From Lama guanicoe (Eukaryota): a stretch of DNA of 64,000 bases. Positions 50,836-64,000 of the stretch are shown here, one piece after another; position 1 is the first letter of the stretch; every line of letters starts with the position of its first letter. Position numbers and translations under genes: made by a program. The notes beneath the pieces are model-generated. The model was not told where the DNA came from and ran no database searches. It saw nothing but the letters and a program-made list of their open reading frames with translations. The DNA lies in the NCBI GenBank assembly GCA_013239625.1, contig MU053810.1, positions 6,110,122 through 6,174,121 on the forward strand, read 5' to 3'.

Positions 50836-51808
50836 CACCTCAAACCCTGACTAATACACACGCCCACACTGGCTGGAAAGACAAGACTGGGCACCGAAGT
50901 CAAGAGCAGACCTTCTTTAAGAACAGCAGCCCATCCGGAGGACAGAAATGTGATCCCTGCACGTCTTTCCTTCCAGCTGGGCCTGGTCTTCAATGGTCAA
51001 AGATAAATCTTGGAGGGAGAGGGAGGTTGGAAAGGAAAGGAGGAGGGACACTGTGAGGTAACTGTCTCCCACAGTGCCCCTGAGGGGAAGAAGGACACTG
51101 TGGTTTTCTCTCCAAATTCTCCACCACCAAGTTTCAGTTAAGAAACAGAACATGGGAATGAAAATTGCCTAAAATATCAATAGTGATTACCATTGGAGTG
51201 TGGGAACAGGGATGATTCAAATTTCTTTTCTTCTATTTTTCAAGTTTTTTCCCCAGGAAATTGATATGAATTGTGAAGTCAGAAATATAAAAGATGTTAC
51301 TAAAAGAAATAAAAAGCAAGAGAGCAAGCAGGGGACTTTGTTTTATCGATACCTTCACTGCAAAAGAGATTCTTCAGGCCCCCAGCAAGAGGAACAGCTA
51401 ATGAAGACACCAGAGTGCACGTCCCCCTCCAGACACAGACCTCAGCCCTCCCGCCTCTCTTCTGGTGCAGGGTGATGTCGCTGGCCTTTGCACGGTGGGG
51501 GCTGGATGTCAGCACAGCTGGGAAAACAAAACTCCCTGGGTTACCACTGAGTTTCATCTGGCACTTATTTTAGGATGAGCAGACCACTCTGTGACTAAAG
51601 TCATCTGGGAAGAGGGGACTTCCCCAATGCCAACGAGACTGAGAAACGAAGAGAAACCCAGCTGCTTCGTAAATAAAGTTGCTCTAATTAGAACAGTAAG
51701 ATTCACTTTACCCCAAGGAGGCCGTCCCCCCACGTAGGAGGACCCCTGTCCTGACCCCATGCTTTAGAGGGTCCCTACTCTGCCCCTCAGCCTGCCACTT
51801 TCAAACAC

Positions 51809-52078
51809 TGTGAACCTATGCAAGCAAACCAAAATCTGAGCCTCAGGTTCACAAAATCAAAACTTAAGGACATCCAGTTACAAAGAGTTCAACTAGGCTT
51901 TAAGCTAGAGCCAATCAAATAACCTCCTTTCTTGGTTTCTGCACCTTCTCTCCATAAATCTTTCCCCTGGTTCTTAGCCAAGGGGTGCTCCTCACTACTG
52001 ATTTGGCACTTCCTGATTCGAATTGATGTTTGTTCAAATAAACTCTTAATATTTTTAATATGTTTCAGTTCATCTTTT
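51809..52078 (+). mobile_element. ERV1-like solo LTR whose 3' end is interrupted by an L1
   Basis: tgtgaacc...agccaatcaaataa...ccataaatc...caaataaactcttaatatttttaatatg..cagttcatcttt. Confidence 0.65.
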
Positions 52079-52658
52079 TTTTTTAAATTGAAGTATAGCT
52101 GATTTGCATCATGTTAATTTCTGATTCAGTTATACATATAGACATTCTTTTTCATATTCTTTTTCATTATAGGTCATTACAAGATATAGTAGGACCTTGT
52201 TGTTTATCTATAGTAGTTTTTTTTTAAAAGAGTTGTTTCTCTTTCTTAATATTTTATTTATTATTGTATTATTTAATTATTTTATTTTGGGGGGGAGGTA
52301 ATTAGGTTTATTTATTTTTAGAGGAGGTACTGGGGATTGAACCCAGGACCTCGTGCATGCTAAGCATGCGCTCTACTATTTGAGCTATACCCTCCCCCCT
52401 TTATATATAGTAGTTTGTATCTGCTAATTCTAAACACCTAATTTATCCCTCTCCTCCTATTTCCCCTTTGGTAATAATCGTTTGTTTTCTATGTCTATGA
52501 GTCTCTTTCTGTTTTGTAAATAAGTTCAATTGTATCATTTTTTTCTTTAGATTCCACATGTCAATGATACCATATGGTATCTCTCTCTATCTGACTTCAA
52601 TTAATATAACTCTAGGTCCATCCATGTTGCTGCAGATGGCATTATTTCATTCTTTTTT
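52079..52658 (-). mobile_element. L1 3' fragment (itself interrupted by a SINE)
   Basis: TSD agttcatctttt at 52067-52078 and 52659-52670; typical L1 3' UTR. Confidence 0.9.
52220..52399 (-). mobile_element. tRNA-derived SINE (Vic-1-like) nested in L1
   Basis: ggggaggtaattaggttt...ggaggtactggggattgaacccaggacc...tgagctataccctcccc; 17-bp TSD tttat(c/a)tatagtagttt. Confidence 0.92.
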
Positions 52659-54745
52659 AGTTCATCTTTTCTTATAGGTGACTGCTGAATTTCTGATAGG
52701 ATCAAACCAGTTGACTTTTATACATAACTTGCCCACGTGGCAAGCGGTCTTCCTGCTGGATTTGATCTTGTGAGGTGGGAAGCGTGGCAGTATCGCATTG
52801 TACACAGGAAATGCTGAACTGAGGTGTCATCAGAAAGCCTGCCAAGGCCACACAGTCAGCAGGTGACACTTGAGACACAGGTGAGAGACATGACTTTTCC
52901 AGTCACGAGTGGAGGCAGTGCCTTGGACTTGTGCCCACAGAAGCACACCGCTGACGTCCCCAAATCTTTACTGACAGTTGTTTCTCATATTTGAGCTCAG
53001 AAACTCCCTTTGTATCCATTTTACGTCTCCTCCCTGACCCACCCCCAGAGATCAGGAGCTAACATGTAAGAGAGTCCTATTAAGTAGTAAAGATTTCAGT
53101 GTTGGGATTTGAAGCCTGAAGTTTTGCACAATTTTGTATAGTTTAGTAATTTTCCAGAACTGATACTCTGGGCCACATAAGCTCTTTCTCCGTCAAACTG
53201 CAATTGCTCATCTGTATTTGACACAGCAGACAGGCTATGGGTAGGCCAAGAGCAGACTGACCCTGGAGTCATGAATGCAGATTCCAAGGAGAAAGAGCAA
53301 ATCGGGCCTCCCAAGCACTCCAGGGATCTACACCTGCAGACCTGTGGGAATCTGCACCGTTGTCTCCTAAGGGTACCATGTAAAACACTGTGGCTGTTAG
53401 CACATGGTTCTCCAGGAATGGGGGGCTGGGCCAGGCCTTTGCAGCCACTTCTCTACAGAGAAGCAGCAGAATACATTTGGGCTTATGCGGATCTGGGTCT
53501 CCTGGGACCAGTTTCTCCTCCTTGTGAGAAACTGAGCCAGTGTAGTAACTTCTGAGTCCACTGATTCCACCATGGGATCGCCCTGGTAGCTGTATCCAAT
53601 TTATCTTGTCTGAGGACATCCACAGTCACTAAGTCCCCTAGTTTCATTCTAGGTTTTCTATAGTCTAGAGAGCTCTGAACAGAAGAATCAACCTATGGAA
53701 ACTGTTCATCGATGTTTCCACTGACAGTCTTAAGACCAAACAAAGGCCTCCTTTCTATCTTTGACCTCAGTTTTCTCATCTGTAAAGAGGAATAGCAATA
53801 AAGCCTTCTTAACCCTCATAGCTGTAACGATTCAGGATAATACACGCAAAGCTTCTAGCCTGGCAACGTCCTCTTTCCTTGGATCATCAGTTTATCCCTC
53901 AGCATTTGACAACAAGTAGCTTTTGTCACAAACCACAATGAAAACAAGTTCTAAGGTTTGATATCTTAAGAATTGAAACCCATTACTATTAAGTATAAGT
54001 CAGTTCCTGTCACTATCTTTATCTCTAGAAGCTTCCCTTCACAATCACAGAGGAAAGTCCCTTAAGACAAGGAATGTTCTGGGGGATACTGGGAAAGAGA
54101 CAAAAATCCAGTCAATTCTCTTTCTCCTTGTAATTGCCTGGGAGTCTGAGAAGAAGTTAGATGGGGGTCTCAAAAGATTTCTACTAATCTTGCGAGAAAA
54201 GGAAAACAGCCCAAGGAAAAATTTAGGAGCATGTCTCTAATGACATTTATAGATAAAATATTGCCCATCTGGTGGAAAAATACTAAAGTGGAAATGTGTA
54301 AATTTCATGCTAAATTTATGGAGGGTGAAATGAGATTTTTTTTTTGAAGGAGAGGGAGAAACTCAGCATGTTTAAAATCTAGTTCATCACATTTATATCC
54401 CGACCTAGATCTCTTCCTGTGCTTCCTACCAGAGAGAAGGGCATTAGGATCCATCTAATTCCCCAGCCTGGAACCAGAGTGTCATCCCTGTCTCCTTCCT
54501 GTTACAGCAGCATCCAAATGATCTCCATATTCTGCACAGTTCTGCCTCCTGAGTGTCTCCCAACGCCCTCCAGTCCACCATCACCTGCGCTCTCTGGGCT
54601 TCTGTAACCACCTCTCCAGCGCATGGCAGCTGTCACTTCCACTTTCTCCAAACCCGTTCTCTGTTGTGCCATCACAGGGATCTTCCCCCAACTCAAAACC
54701 CTTCAGCGGCTCCCTGCAAGCCTCAGGATCAAGTCCAATGTCTTT

Positions 54746-55230
54746 TTTTTTAAATAGAAGTATAGTTGATTTATAATGTTGTGTGTTTCTGGTGTACAGC
54801 ATAGTGATTCAGTTACACATAAAAATGTTCTTTTTCATTATAGGTTATTATAAGATATTGAATATAGTTCCCTGTGCTATACAGCAGGTCCTTGTTGTTT
54901 ATCTATTTTATATATCATAGTATGTATCTGCTAGTTCCAAAATCCTAATTTATCCCTCCTCTCCCTTCCCCTTTGGTAACCGTAAGTTTATCTTCTATGT
55001 CTATGAGTCTACTTTTGTTTTATAAATTAATTCATTTGTATCATTTTTTAGATTCCACATATAACTGACATCATGACATTTGTTTTTCTCTGTCTCACTT
55101 ACTTCAGTTAGTATGATAATCTCTAGGTCCACTCATGTTGCTGCAAATGGCATTATATCATTCTTTTTCTGGCTGAGTAATATTCCACTGTCTATAAATA
55201 CCACAACTTATTTATCCAGTCATCTGTTGA
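54746..55230 (-). mobile_element. L1 3' fragment inserted in an L2-like remnant
   Basis: TSD aagtccaatgtcttt / aagtccagtggcttt (54731-54745, 55231-55245). Confidence 0.9.
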
Positions 55231-56943
55231 AAGTCCAGTGGCTTTAACATGATCTGTAAAGTCCTTGATCATCTTGTTCCTACTGCCCATCAGTCTAAAG
55301 GAGATCTTGCTAGGATCATAAGATTTTAAAACAATTTGGTCAAGAATAAAATCACAGCAGAAACAACAAATTGGTTCAAAAATCCCTCCTGCTTCTCCCA
55401 CTTATTTTTCAGATCTTAGTGATTCAGATGCACTAAGTATTTAGTAGTGCTTAGTTTTTATACATCATTAATCTTTTAGGCCATTTGTGAGGATTTTTCA
55501 AGTTTTTTTCATTTTATCTCTATTGCATTCTTACCCAATTATGCTTGTTTGGCATCTATTCCTAAAGTTTTGGGGCTTGTGGTGAAGTGTTGGAGAGTGA
55601 AGTGAGTGAAGTGAGTATAAGTCTATAGCCTCATGCCATGACTGCCAGCTGGGAAGACAGGGACCGATTCCAGGAACCGTGTGTCTGAAGTGAGGACCAG
55701 CTTTGACAGGCCCAGGGATGGTGGGAATAAATACAATACACCGTGGGCCAAATCCAGTGAACAGTGCCCTTGATTACTATCAGCTTCTGCATCTTCCGTC
55801 CTATCATAATCTGCTGATGGCGTGCTACTCACTGTCTCTACTTCCATAGAACAAACCCTAGACTTCAGCTTTTCCACCCTCAAAGAGTAGGGCATGCTCC
55901 AGGCAACAACCTCAACCACGAGAGTAAAGCTGAGTCCCACAGTGGCAAGAAAATACAGCTTCATATAAAACAAACACGGAGTGTGGCTGCATAGGCAAAG
56001 TAGGCTGGTAGTTGAGACTGGATTTTTAAAAACAAACAAAAAATGCTGGAAACTGAGTAAACAGCCTGAAAATACATTTTAAACAAACCCCATACAATCA
56101 TGACTGTATGAATTGATGACCGGAAACGTCATTTCTGACCTGTTTTTATTTTAACCAATATGCTATCTGAATCAATTTCTTTTCCACCAATTGATCTGAA
56201 CGTGCTGTCGCTCCGTGTCCTCACCCCTACCTCTCCGTGGTCCAGCCATACAATTTCCCAGGACCTAAATGAACTTCCTTCCCTCTTTCTCCTTGGACTT
56301 AGTACACACACCCTGTCTAGAATGTTCTCTTCCTCTTTACCCTTCACCTGGCTAATTCCAGTCAATTTCCCAGGTGAGCACTTGTGCATAACTTTCTCTG
56401 AGTAAACCTCCCTGCCCTGCCACGCACAATGACAGTTGGCTGGAGACCACTGTGGGACAGGTCTGTGACATTCTTGTATGTATGACTTGGGGAAGCTTTC
56501 TCCAATATGGAGAACAAGGCTTTTTATCTCATAGGATGTACATTGTACATTTTCCAGGCACTCCCTTCACTTATTTCAACATCAAGAAGCACCAAATATG
56601 AACAATAAAGAAAAGAGTGTCTTTAAAATACAAAGCATTGATGGCTCAGAGTTCATTAGCATATATTGGATTCATGTAGCCAAGCCGACACAAGGACAGA
56701 AAAGGACTAGTCAGCAGGTAGGTATATTTTGGATGCTGAATCAAAAGAAACAAAATGAATTCTTTACTTTCTAAATCCTCCAAGGGGCTCTTCGTTTACG
56801 AATGGCCTAACAGTTGAGTTTGTGTTTCTTTGAAAGGAATAAATTTGTGATGTTCTGTGAGCTAATGAATGACGTGGTGAGAACACAGGTGACATTAAAA
56901 AATGGACATTTCATATGGTTTAACAATAGGCAAATCATCTCAC

Positions 56944-57065
56944 CTGGGGGTTTTTAAATACAGCGTACTTTTCCTCTTTCTCCAAAAACAGCACTTTATT
57001 TTCTGTGTCTCTTGTCCAGTCTGATAAGACTTCGATGACATTTTCATGATCTTCAAAAAACCTTT
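56944..57065 (-). CDS. APBB1IP: APBB1IP coding exon (RA domain), 122 nt
   Basis: (E)RFFEDHENVIEVLSDWTRDTENKVLFLEKEEKYAVFKNPQ; tttcatcag acceptor, gtgaga donor; phase matches previous exon. Confidence 0.97.
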
Positions 57066-58239
57066 CTGATGAAAGAAGAAAAAGCATTCTTTCAGACCCA
57101 AGACATCCGGGTTTCCAACAGAGAAATGAGCTGGTGTTGAGTTAACAATGCTTCATGCTTCTCATCAGTTTTTAGAAATTCCTAATTACATGATGTCACA
57201 TTGTAACACCTGTCATGGCTATTCTTCAGTCTTGGGTCTTCAACTTATTTTCCATAAAAAGCATGGCTAATGAACACTATAGAGACAGTGGTCCTCCACT
57301 GCTCTTTTTCATATTTGAATTTTTGACTTTAAATAGTCCCAGGTGGAGGTAACATCCTATTTGGAAGGAGGACGATTAGGCCGTAATTGGTTAAACAACC
57401 CTGAATGCAATTGTGAGGAAAGTGATGAGTACTGGAAAACATCGCTCCCTCAAACTCTAAAAACAACGAATGGACGTCAGAATCAACCCTAAGCCTGCCT
57501 TTGGAGACTTTCATTTCTCTGTTTGGCCCAGAGAGTGGAAGAAAACTTCAAGAGGTTATTTCAGTGTAGACCATTTCCTCCAGAAAGAGGTGAACCCAAA
57601 GCTTCTAACACAGGCAATTCTGGATTCCAGCAGGCCCTCCTGGGATATGACTGTTCTGTGAGTGGTATTAAGAATGAGAAGTAACAGAGTATTTCTTTAA
57701 TTGCTTATTAACTAAAAAAACAAAAACAAAAACAAAAACAAAAAACTCCATCAATTTCAATCAACTCTCCTTTGCTCTTTGGGGCTGAGCCTCTTCCACT
57801 AGACAAAGTGTCAGGTGTTGAGTGAGAGGGGAGGAACAGAGGAGAAACGGACAGTGATGTGAGGCCTGTGGCATAGTTACCCTATAGTTTAAGGAAGCAA
57901 ACTCTAAGGAGACATCGGGTGACAGATACCCTGGCCCTCCTGCAACTGCTCAGTTCGCAGTAAGAAGTATCGTCCTGTCACTTGCTCTCCCTTTTGGGTC
58001 CCCTAGAGAAGCAGCAGTAATCACGCTAACTTTCCCCAAAGTCTGGCCACCTGTTCCAATCCCAGTCCCTTCACCATAAATAAATGAAGATGCGAGCACT
58101 GAAGCTGAGGCAAGGGAAGTGATGTCTCGGGAGTCTTGACAGCCTTGACCCAAACTCTTCTTAATAATAGGCCAAAACCCATGATAAAGCAAACTCACAA
58201 GTTTTTGGAGCACAGCCTACTGCTGGGAATGAGACTTAC

Positions 58240-58399
58240 CAATCTGCAGTTCTGGATATATTTCATAAAGACACCAGTCCACGTTGCAGTCACAGTGGGT
58301 TTTCTCAAAAAGGTTGTCTAGAACATCTCGGGCCAACTGCCGCTCGTCCACCATCAGTGACTTCGTGCTGTTATCATCCATGTGCACCTTGACAACGAG
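58240..58399 (-). CDS. APBB1IP: APBB1IP/RIAM internal coding exon (start of RA domain), 160 nt; upstream exons lie outside the window
   Basis: Encodes LVVKVHMDDNSTKSLMVDERQLARDVLDNLFEKTHCDCNVDWCLYEIYPELQI; acceptor ...tatcttcag, donor gtaagt. Confidence 0.97.
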
Positions 58400-59776
58400 C
58401 TGAAGATAAAGCCACCCGAGCAACCAGTCAGTTCTGGCACTTTAACCACAGAGGTTAAGGTTTCAAGGTCGTTACTGCTTCTGTGAATTTAAGTCAGAAG
58501 GTGTCCTGCAAACTCACTCAATATGAATTCACTCCTATGCCAAGCACTTGTTTAAGGGGCTAGCAATACAGACATGGAGAAACCAATTCACAAAAACAGA
58601 AATAAGCACACAATATGCAAAGCGCTTGTCCGGCCTCCAGGGGCTGCATTCTGGGGAGGGAGACAGAAAACCAAGAGAACCAAAGAAGTGCTGAGTGCCT
58701 GCCTTCCCGACATCCTTCTGTTACTTGTTCAGGAGCATCACAGAGCCCAGAAGTGTTTCTTAATTGAAAGCCCCTCCAGTATCTTTATAATAAATTCTTC
58801 TCTCTTGCTGAGCTGGAGTTGGGTCCCATTTCATGCAACCCAAGAGTTCTGGGACACAGGTAAGACCAACTTGGCTAATCTACAGTTCTCTGGAGGCCGG
58901 GAGTTGCAGTGACAGCACCACCAAGGGGTCTTGCTAAGAGGCAGGTGGTGTCACAGCAGAACACACTGGAGATCAGAAGGGGATTAAGCCAATCAATATA
59001 GACTAAGAAAAAGCTACTATAGAGGCATGCAGGCACATTAGTGATCTAGTTTACCTTTCATTCCGTTAAAAAAAATTCTGCTGCTTTGGGTTCATAGTCA
59101 AATTGGTAGCTATCTCATTCTAAATCTGGAGGATCTGGTAGGAGCACAATGTACTCATCTTCAGTAAGGACACAGAATTTCATTGACAATTTGCCAAGGT
59201 TATTAAAACTTGTGATCCCGAAGAGAGGCCATGATGCAATGTAACAATTCAAGAAGGAAGTAGCTAGGGTTTGGATTTTCTTTTTCACCTGTGTATTTGT
59301 AACATTTTTAATGACAGTTGCTGTTTATATGTGCTACAGGTAGTAACAGTGCTATATATCCAGTCTTCAAAAGGAAGAGTGAAAATGTGCCCACTAAGCT
59401 CAAATTTATTAGACACTTACGTGTAAGGGACGATTTCCCATGACTCCTTCTGGGAAGATCTACATTCTTATTTTATTCTTGGCCAAGACCACAGATCCTA
59501 CCTAATTAAGCGGGAGTCGGCTCTGCTTAGAGTCTATCTTTGAGTGCCTCCCAGGAAGGAGGTGCTGTCTTTTCCTTTCCAGACAATCCCTGCCCAACCT
59601 CTGCGGTGCCTGCAGCCACTCCACACACAGCCAGTGGAGAATTCCTGGAAACCAGAACCACCTAATATGCTTGCTTAAATTTCTATTCTAACTTGAAAGA
59701 CATAGTCAGAAACAAGATGTGCCTGTTCTGTTGGTCTAAGGTCAGTTCTGGTTATTCACAAACGAGACTTACCATT

Positions 59777-60498
59777 TCTTTTAATTTTACTTTTTTAATT
59801 GACGTATAATTGATTTACAATGTTGCGTTAAGTTTCTGGTGTACAGCATAGTGATTCAGTTATATATATATATATATTCTTTTTCAGATTCTTTTCCATT
59901 ATAGGTTATTACAAATTATTGAATATAATTCCCTGTGCTAGTAAGCTCCTGTTGTTGATCTGTTTTTTATATAGTGGTGTGTAAATGTTAATCCTAAACT
60001 CCTAATTTATCCCTCCCTACCCTTTCCCCTTTGATAATTATAAGTTTGTTTTCTATGTCTGTGTCATTTTCTATGTCTGTTTCTGTTTTGTAAGTAGGTT
60101 CACTTGTATCATTTATTTGATTCCACATATAAGCAATGTCATATGATATTTGTCTTTCTCTGTCTGACTTTGCTTAGTATGATAATCTCCAAGTCCATCT
60201 ATGTTGCTGCAAATGGCATTATTTCATTCTTCTTTATGGCTGAGTAGTATTCCATTGTATATTTATATACCACAATGTCTTTATCGTTATCTGTCGATGG
60301 ACATTTAGGTTGCTTCCATGTCTTCTTGGCTATTGTATACAGTGCTGCTATGAACATTGGGGTGCATGTATCTATTTGAATTAAAGTTCTCATCTATTTT
60401 GGATATATGCCCAGGAATGGGATTGCTGGATCATACAGCAACTCTAGTTTTAGTTTTTTAAGGAAACTTCATGCTGTTCTCCATTGTGGCTGTACAAA
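59777..60498 (-). mobile_element. L1 3' fragment with ORF2 C-terminus
   Basis: [46 protein letters not shown]; perfect 13-bp TSD gagacttaccatt. Confidence 0.93.
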
Positions 60499-61761
60499 GA
60501 GACTTACCATTATTAAAAAAGTCTTTAGTTGGAACGGAGAGAGAGGCCATAAAATTGGTAACATTTCTTTCTCCTCCAAAGTTTGGGTTAGATTCTGAGC
60601 AGCAGGGAAATTACCCCTCCGGTCCCACTTCCACCCAATTGGATCTTAAAAACATTGTGTGGTTACCAGTGAAGACGGCAGTTCCTGTGGATTGCTGTGC
60701 AGAGTTACCAACAGCAACCAATGGTGTGGGTGGTGATAAGAATCTGGGTGAGGTGCAGGCAAGGGCTACATGCATCGAAGCACTCCTAGTGCCTTCCCTT
60801 CCCACACATGCATGGTGCCCACTAAGATGCAGGCCCCAGGGCAACAGAAGTGCATTTCCTCCTCCTGGGACCATTCAAGTTAGACCTTTATTCCAGGCTT
60901 GTCTGAAGAACACATTTTTTTTCCCCTTGAAAATCTGTAGCACCAAAACCTCTAGTTGGACAGTTGTTTCTGTTGTATGTTCATCATCTGATGTGTTTCA
61001 AACAACAGGTCCAAGTACCAAAGTGTCAGACACACTCATCTGACCTGAGAAATCAGTCATGGAGGGTTGCCTGAAAAAACAGAAATTCCTCAAATAGTGG
61101 AATCACCATGCCTTATTTTCTGTGGAAGGCATACCCCCTGCTCTTTGCTGAGGATTACTGCCATAAAGTAGCTACATGTGCTAAGAAACACTCTCAGTGT
61201 TAGGATTTAGAAGGCAATCTTCCCGATGGAAAAATTAACGATGTTTGACCACATTTCATTTTTGCTTAGGAATTCTTGAGAAAAGAAAACATATCTTGGT
61301 GTTTTCTTTTGTTTTAAAGACAGAGAGAGAAAAAAACTAAACTGCATAATTTGACAATGATGCAATGATGAAAGGATTTTTTTTTTGGCATAAATTGCAA
61401 ACTAAATTAATCCACATGTAGTTATGAAGGTCCACAATTATAAAACTTAGGAAAAAAATAAGAGAAGGCTGGTGACTTTTAGCGAGAAGAAATCATATTT
61501 ACTATTCTTCACACCTTTTTTTTTTTCACATTTGTAAGCTGAAGAGTAGCTCTATGCCAACACATTACACCCTAAATCACAGTTACATGACTTAGCAAGC
61601 CAAGGACTCTTCATATCAACACTGTATGTATGATCCAGGGTACAATGAGTCAAGAATGAAAAAACTTCCCCTTTCTAATCCAGTTGAGTAAAGATTTAAT
61701 TTTTTAAAAATAATTTCTTCTTTTTTTTTTGCAAACTAATGAATACAGGAATATTCCAGTC

Positions 61762-62042
61762 TGGGAGAGGGGTGGGAAGGGACAGACTGGGAGTTCAAGA
61801 TTTGTAGATACTGACAGGCATATGCAGAATAGATAAACAAGATTATACTGTATAGCACAGGGAAATATATACAAGATCTTGTGGTGGCTCACAGTGAAAA
61901 AAAATGTGACAATGAATATATGTATGTTCATGTATAACTGAAAAATTGCGCTCTACACTGGAACTTGACACAACATTGTAAAATGACTAACTCAATAAAA
62001 AAAAACTAAAAAAACCCTCAAAAAAACTAAAAAAGAAAAAAA
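61762..62042 (+). mobile_element. Young L1 3' end with long A-rich tail
   Basis: gggaagggacagactgggagttcaagatttgtagatactgac...actcaataaaaaaaa. Confidence 0.88.
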
Positions 62043-62759
62043 GTCCCAGTCCTATATCATTTACGATATATTTGTTTCTATAATAAAATTTACAAATGGA
62101 TTTGTTCTGCGTCACAGAGCTTTAAAGAAAAGAAAGAAAATCAAGGAGTGAGTTGATTCTGTTTCCAGTTCCAAAGCTTTGCACCGCAAGCTGTGTATAT
62201 CACTTGTGAATGTTGTAGATGTCAGTATATTTTACTTCCTTTCTTAACGGACACAGTTATCATTTTAAATGTTCTGTGCCACACAGTCTTTGGTTTTAAG
62301 AAACCTATCTGGAGTGTCTGAAGGCAGAACAAATCTACCACTTGGCTTCTTAATTTTCTTTCCCCTCCCACTGATCAGAGTGGTTCTGTTTTACATCTTC
62401 TTTGTTGACTAAAGGCAGGTGGTGCTTTTTGCTTTCGATCCTGCTCTCTCCTCCCTGCTCTTAATATTCAGTTAAGCAAATGGACCAGATATGTTAATCG
62501 TTCTACCTTTTTATCTAAGCATCAACTTCTCTTTTCATGCCTCCTCTGAGGGTATCTCCCATGTGGCCCCTATTTTATAAACAATCCAGTGGTTTAAAAT
62601 AGTTTAACAAATTACAAATTTTATTTTTATTCATTCCTCTTGTATTTTTATCTCCGAAGGTAAAGGTAGTGACCCAGGACAGCCCGTCTCTCTTGCCATC
62701 CCTCTGTGACTCAGTTCCACCCATGACTGTCTATAGGGAAGGCTTGTGCTAGAAAAGGC

Positions 62760-64000
62760 TACAGAACGGGTCACCCTGCCCTTGCCCATCCCCTTTCAAT
62801 CCATTTCCCACAAAGCAGCCAGTATGATCTTTTAAAGCTGTATATTATCCCTTGTTAAAACCCTCAAATAGTTTCCCACTGCATTTACAGTATGTTCCAG
62901 ACTCTTCCTCATGCCTGTGAGGCCTGGTGGCCCCACTTGCCTCTCTGACCACAACTTCTCCAGTTTTCCCTCTTACTCAGGGGGTCAAGGGGACTGACTG
63001 GATGGTGATGGATGGAAGCTAGATTTTGGTGGTGAGCACACTGTTGCATACACAGAAGTAGAAATACAGGGCTGTACACATGAAACTTACATAACGTTGT
63101 AAGCTAATGTTACCTCAATTAAAAAAAAAAGCATTTCTTGGGCAGTCTCATTCCTTCCTGCTTTATGTTCTTCACAGCACTCGTCTGCCCCACTAGAATT
63201 TAACTCCACACAAGCAGGGACCTCACCTGCCTGTTCCCTTCTCTGTACCCCAGCCCTGGTTCTATGAGATGAGGATGCGTCAATGAAGAAAACATAAAAA
63301 GTTCCCAGAGGAGCTTCCCTAGGGGTGGGGAGGGGAGGCAGGCATTAAATGGGATAAACAAGATGAACAGGATGCTGGATGGTGACAGCGCAGCGGAGGA
63401 AAGGAAAGCAGGGGATGCTAAGGGATACTGTACGTGGCACTGAGCAGGTGACCAGACCTAGTTAGGGATGGAGAGAAGCCACCAGTCTGGGGAAGAGCTT
63501 TTGAGGCAGGGGGACCACAAGGCACCAAGGTCCCGAGGCAAGGGTGTGCCCAGAACATCAAGGAGCAGCGGTGAAACCAGGTGGCTGGAACGGAGGCTGA
63601 GGGAGACAGTGGTGGGGAGACGGCAGGCAGCCAGGTCACCCAGGGGGTTTACATCGTTGTGAGGATCTGGGCTTGGCTGTGTGAGTGGGGCATCCTTGGA
63701 GGCTTCTGAGCAGAGGAGGGACAAGATGAGAGGATGGGAAGTGGAGCACATGAGGGGAGGCTGCTCTTAGAAACATGAGAGTTCACCCACAAGAACAGGA
63801 AAGACTGTGGACCACATGCCACAGGTGCGGGTGGGCTGGGAGCTACAAGTTTCGGGAGCTGGTGGGACCTTCCTCTTGATGGCTTTTCTCAGTGCAACAG
63901 GCAGCAATATCATCAGCTGAGAGAATGTGGGTGAGGAAGGAGGTATTGGAGGTTTCCAGAGAAAGGACAGGGGAGAAAGTTTTCTAGATTAGTGGGAGAT
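62760..64000. mobile_element. L2 remnants (approximate, both orientations)
   Basis: tcaatccatttcccacaaagcagccagtatgatctttt; ttggaggcttctgagcagaggagggacaagat. Confidence 0.55.
62980..63130 (+). mobile_element. L1 3' end inserted in L2-like sequence
   Basis: ggtgatggatggaagctagattttggtggtgagcac...tgtacacatgaaacttac...gttacctcaattaaaaaaa. Confidence 0.8.

Noticed and set aside
55623..56039. 138-aa minus-strand ORF
   Set aside because: No similarity to RIAM or any protein I recognise, and not needed for the APBB1IP frame
60471..61043. 190-aa plus-strand ORF
   Set aside because: Begins inside an L1 fragment, has no recognisable domain or splice support, and is antisense in an intron
1..64000. 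CRISPR arrays, prokaryotic operons or foreign inserted sequence
   Set aside because: No regularly spaced repeat-spacer array or gene-dense segment; everything is consistent with mammalian exons, introns and repeats

Overview
This is mammalian genomic DNA, very probably camelid (camel/alpaca/llama), judged from four copies of a tRNA-derived SINE of the camelid 'Vic-1' type. Two protein-coding genes lie in tandem on the minus strand. (1) The 3' nine coding exons of APBB1IP (RIAM; RA domain, PH domain, Pro-rich C-terminus) span 58399->19147, all with GT-AG boundaries, joining into one 1419-nt open frame, with a polyA signal at 18838-18843. (2) PDSS1 (decaprenyl diphosphate synthase subunit 1) contributes its CpG-island promoter and first four coding exons, 15649->8262. 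A heavily decayed, near full-length HSPA8/Hsc70 processed pseudogene, interrupted by an MLT1 LTR, lies in a PDSS1 intron (~3150-5330). The rest is intronic DNA dense in L1 3' ends, SINEs, solo LTRs, MER DNA transposons, L2 and microsatellites. I see no convincing wholly novel biological system. The best leads are a shifted splice acceptor in APBB1IP, a very short APBB1IP-PDSS1 spacer with a phase-compatible read-through fusion, the ancient retrocopy, nested insertions with intact TSDs, and candidate RFX/CTCF regulatory sites. Comparisons to human/mouse proteins and repeat family names are from memory and need alignment/RepeatMasker confirmation.
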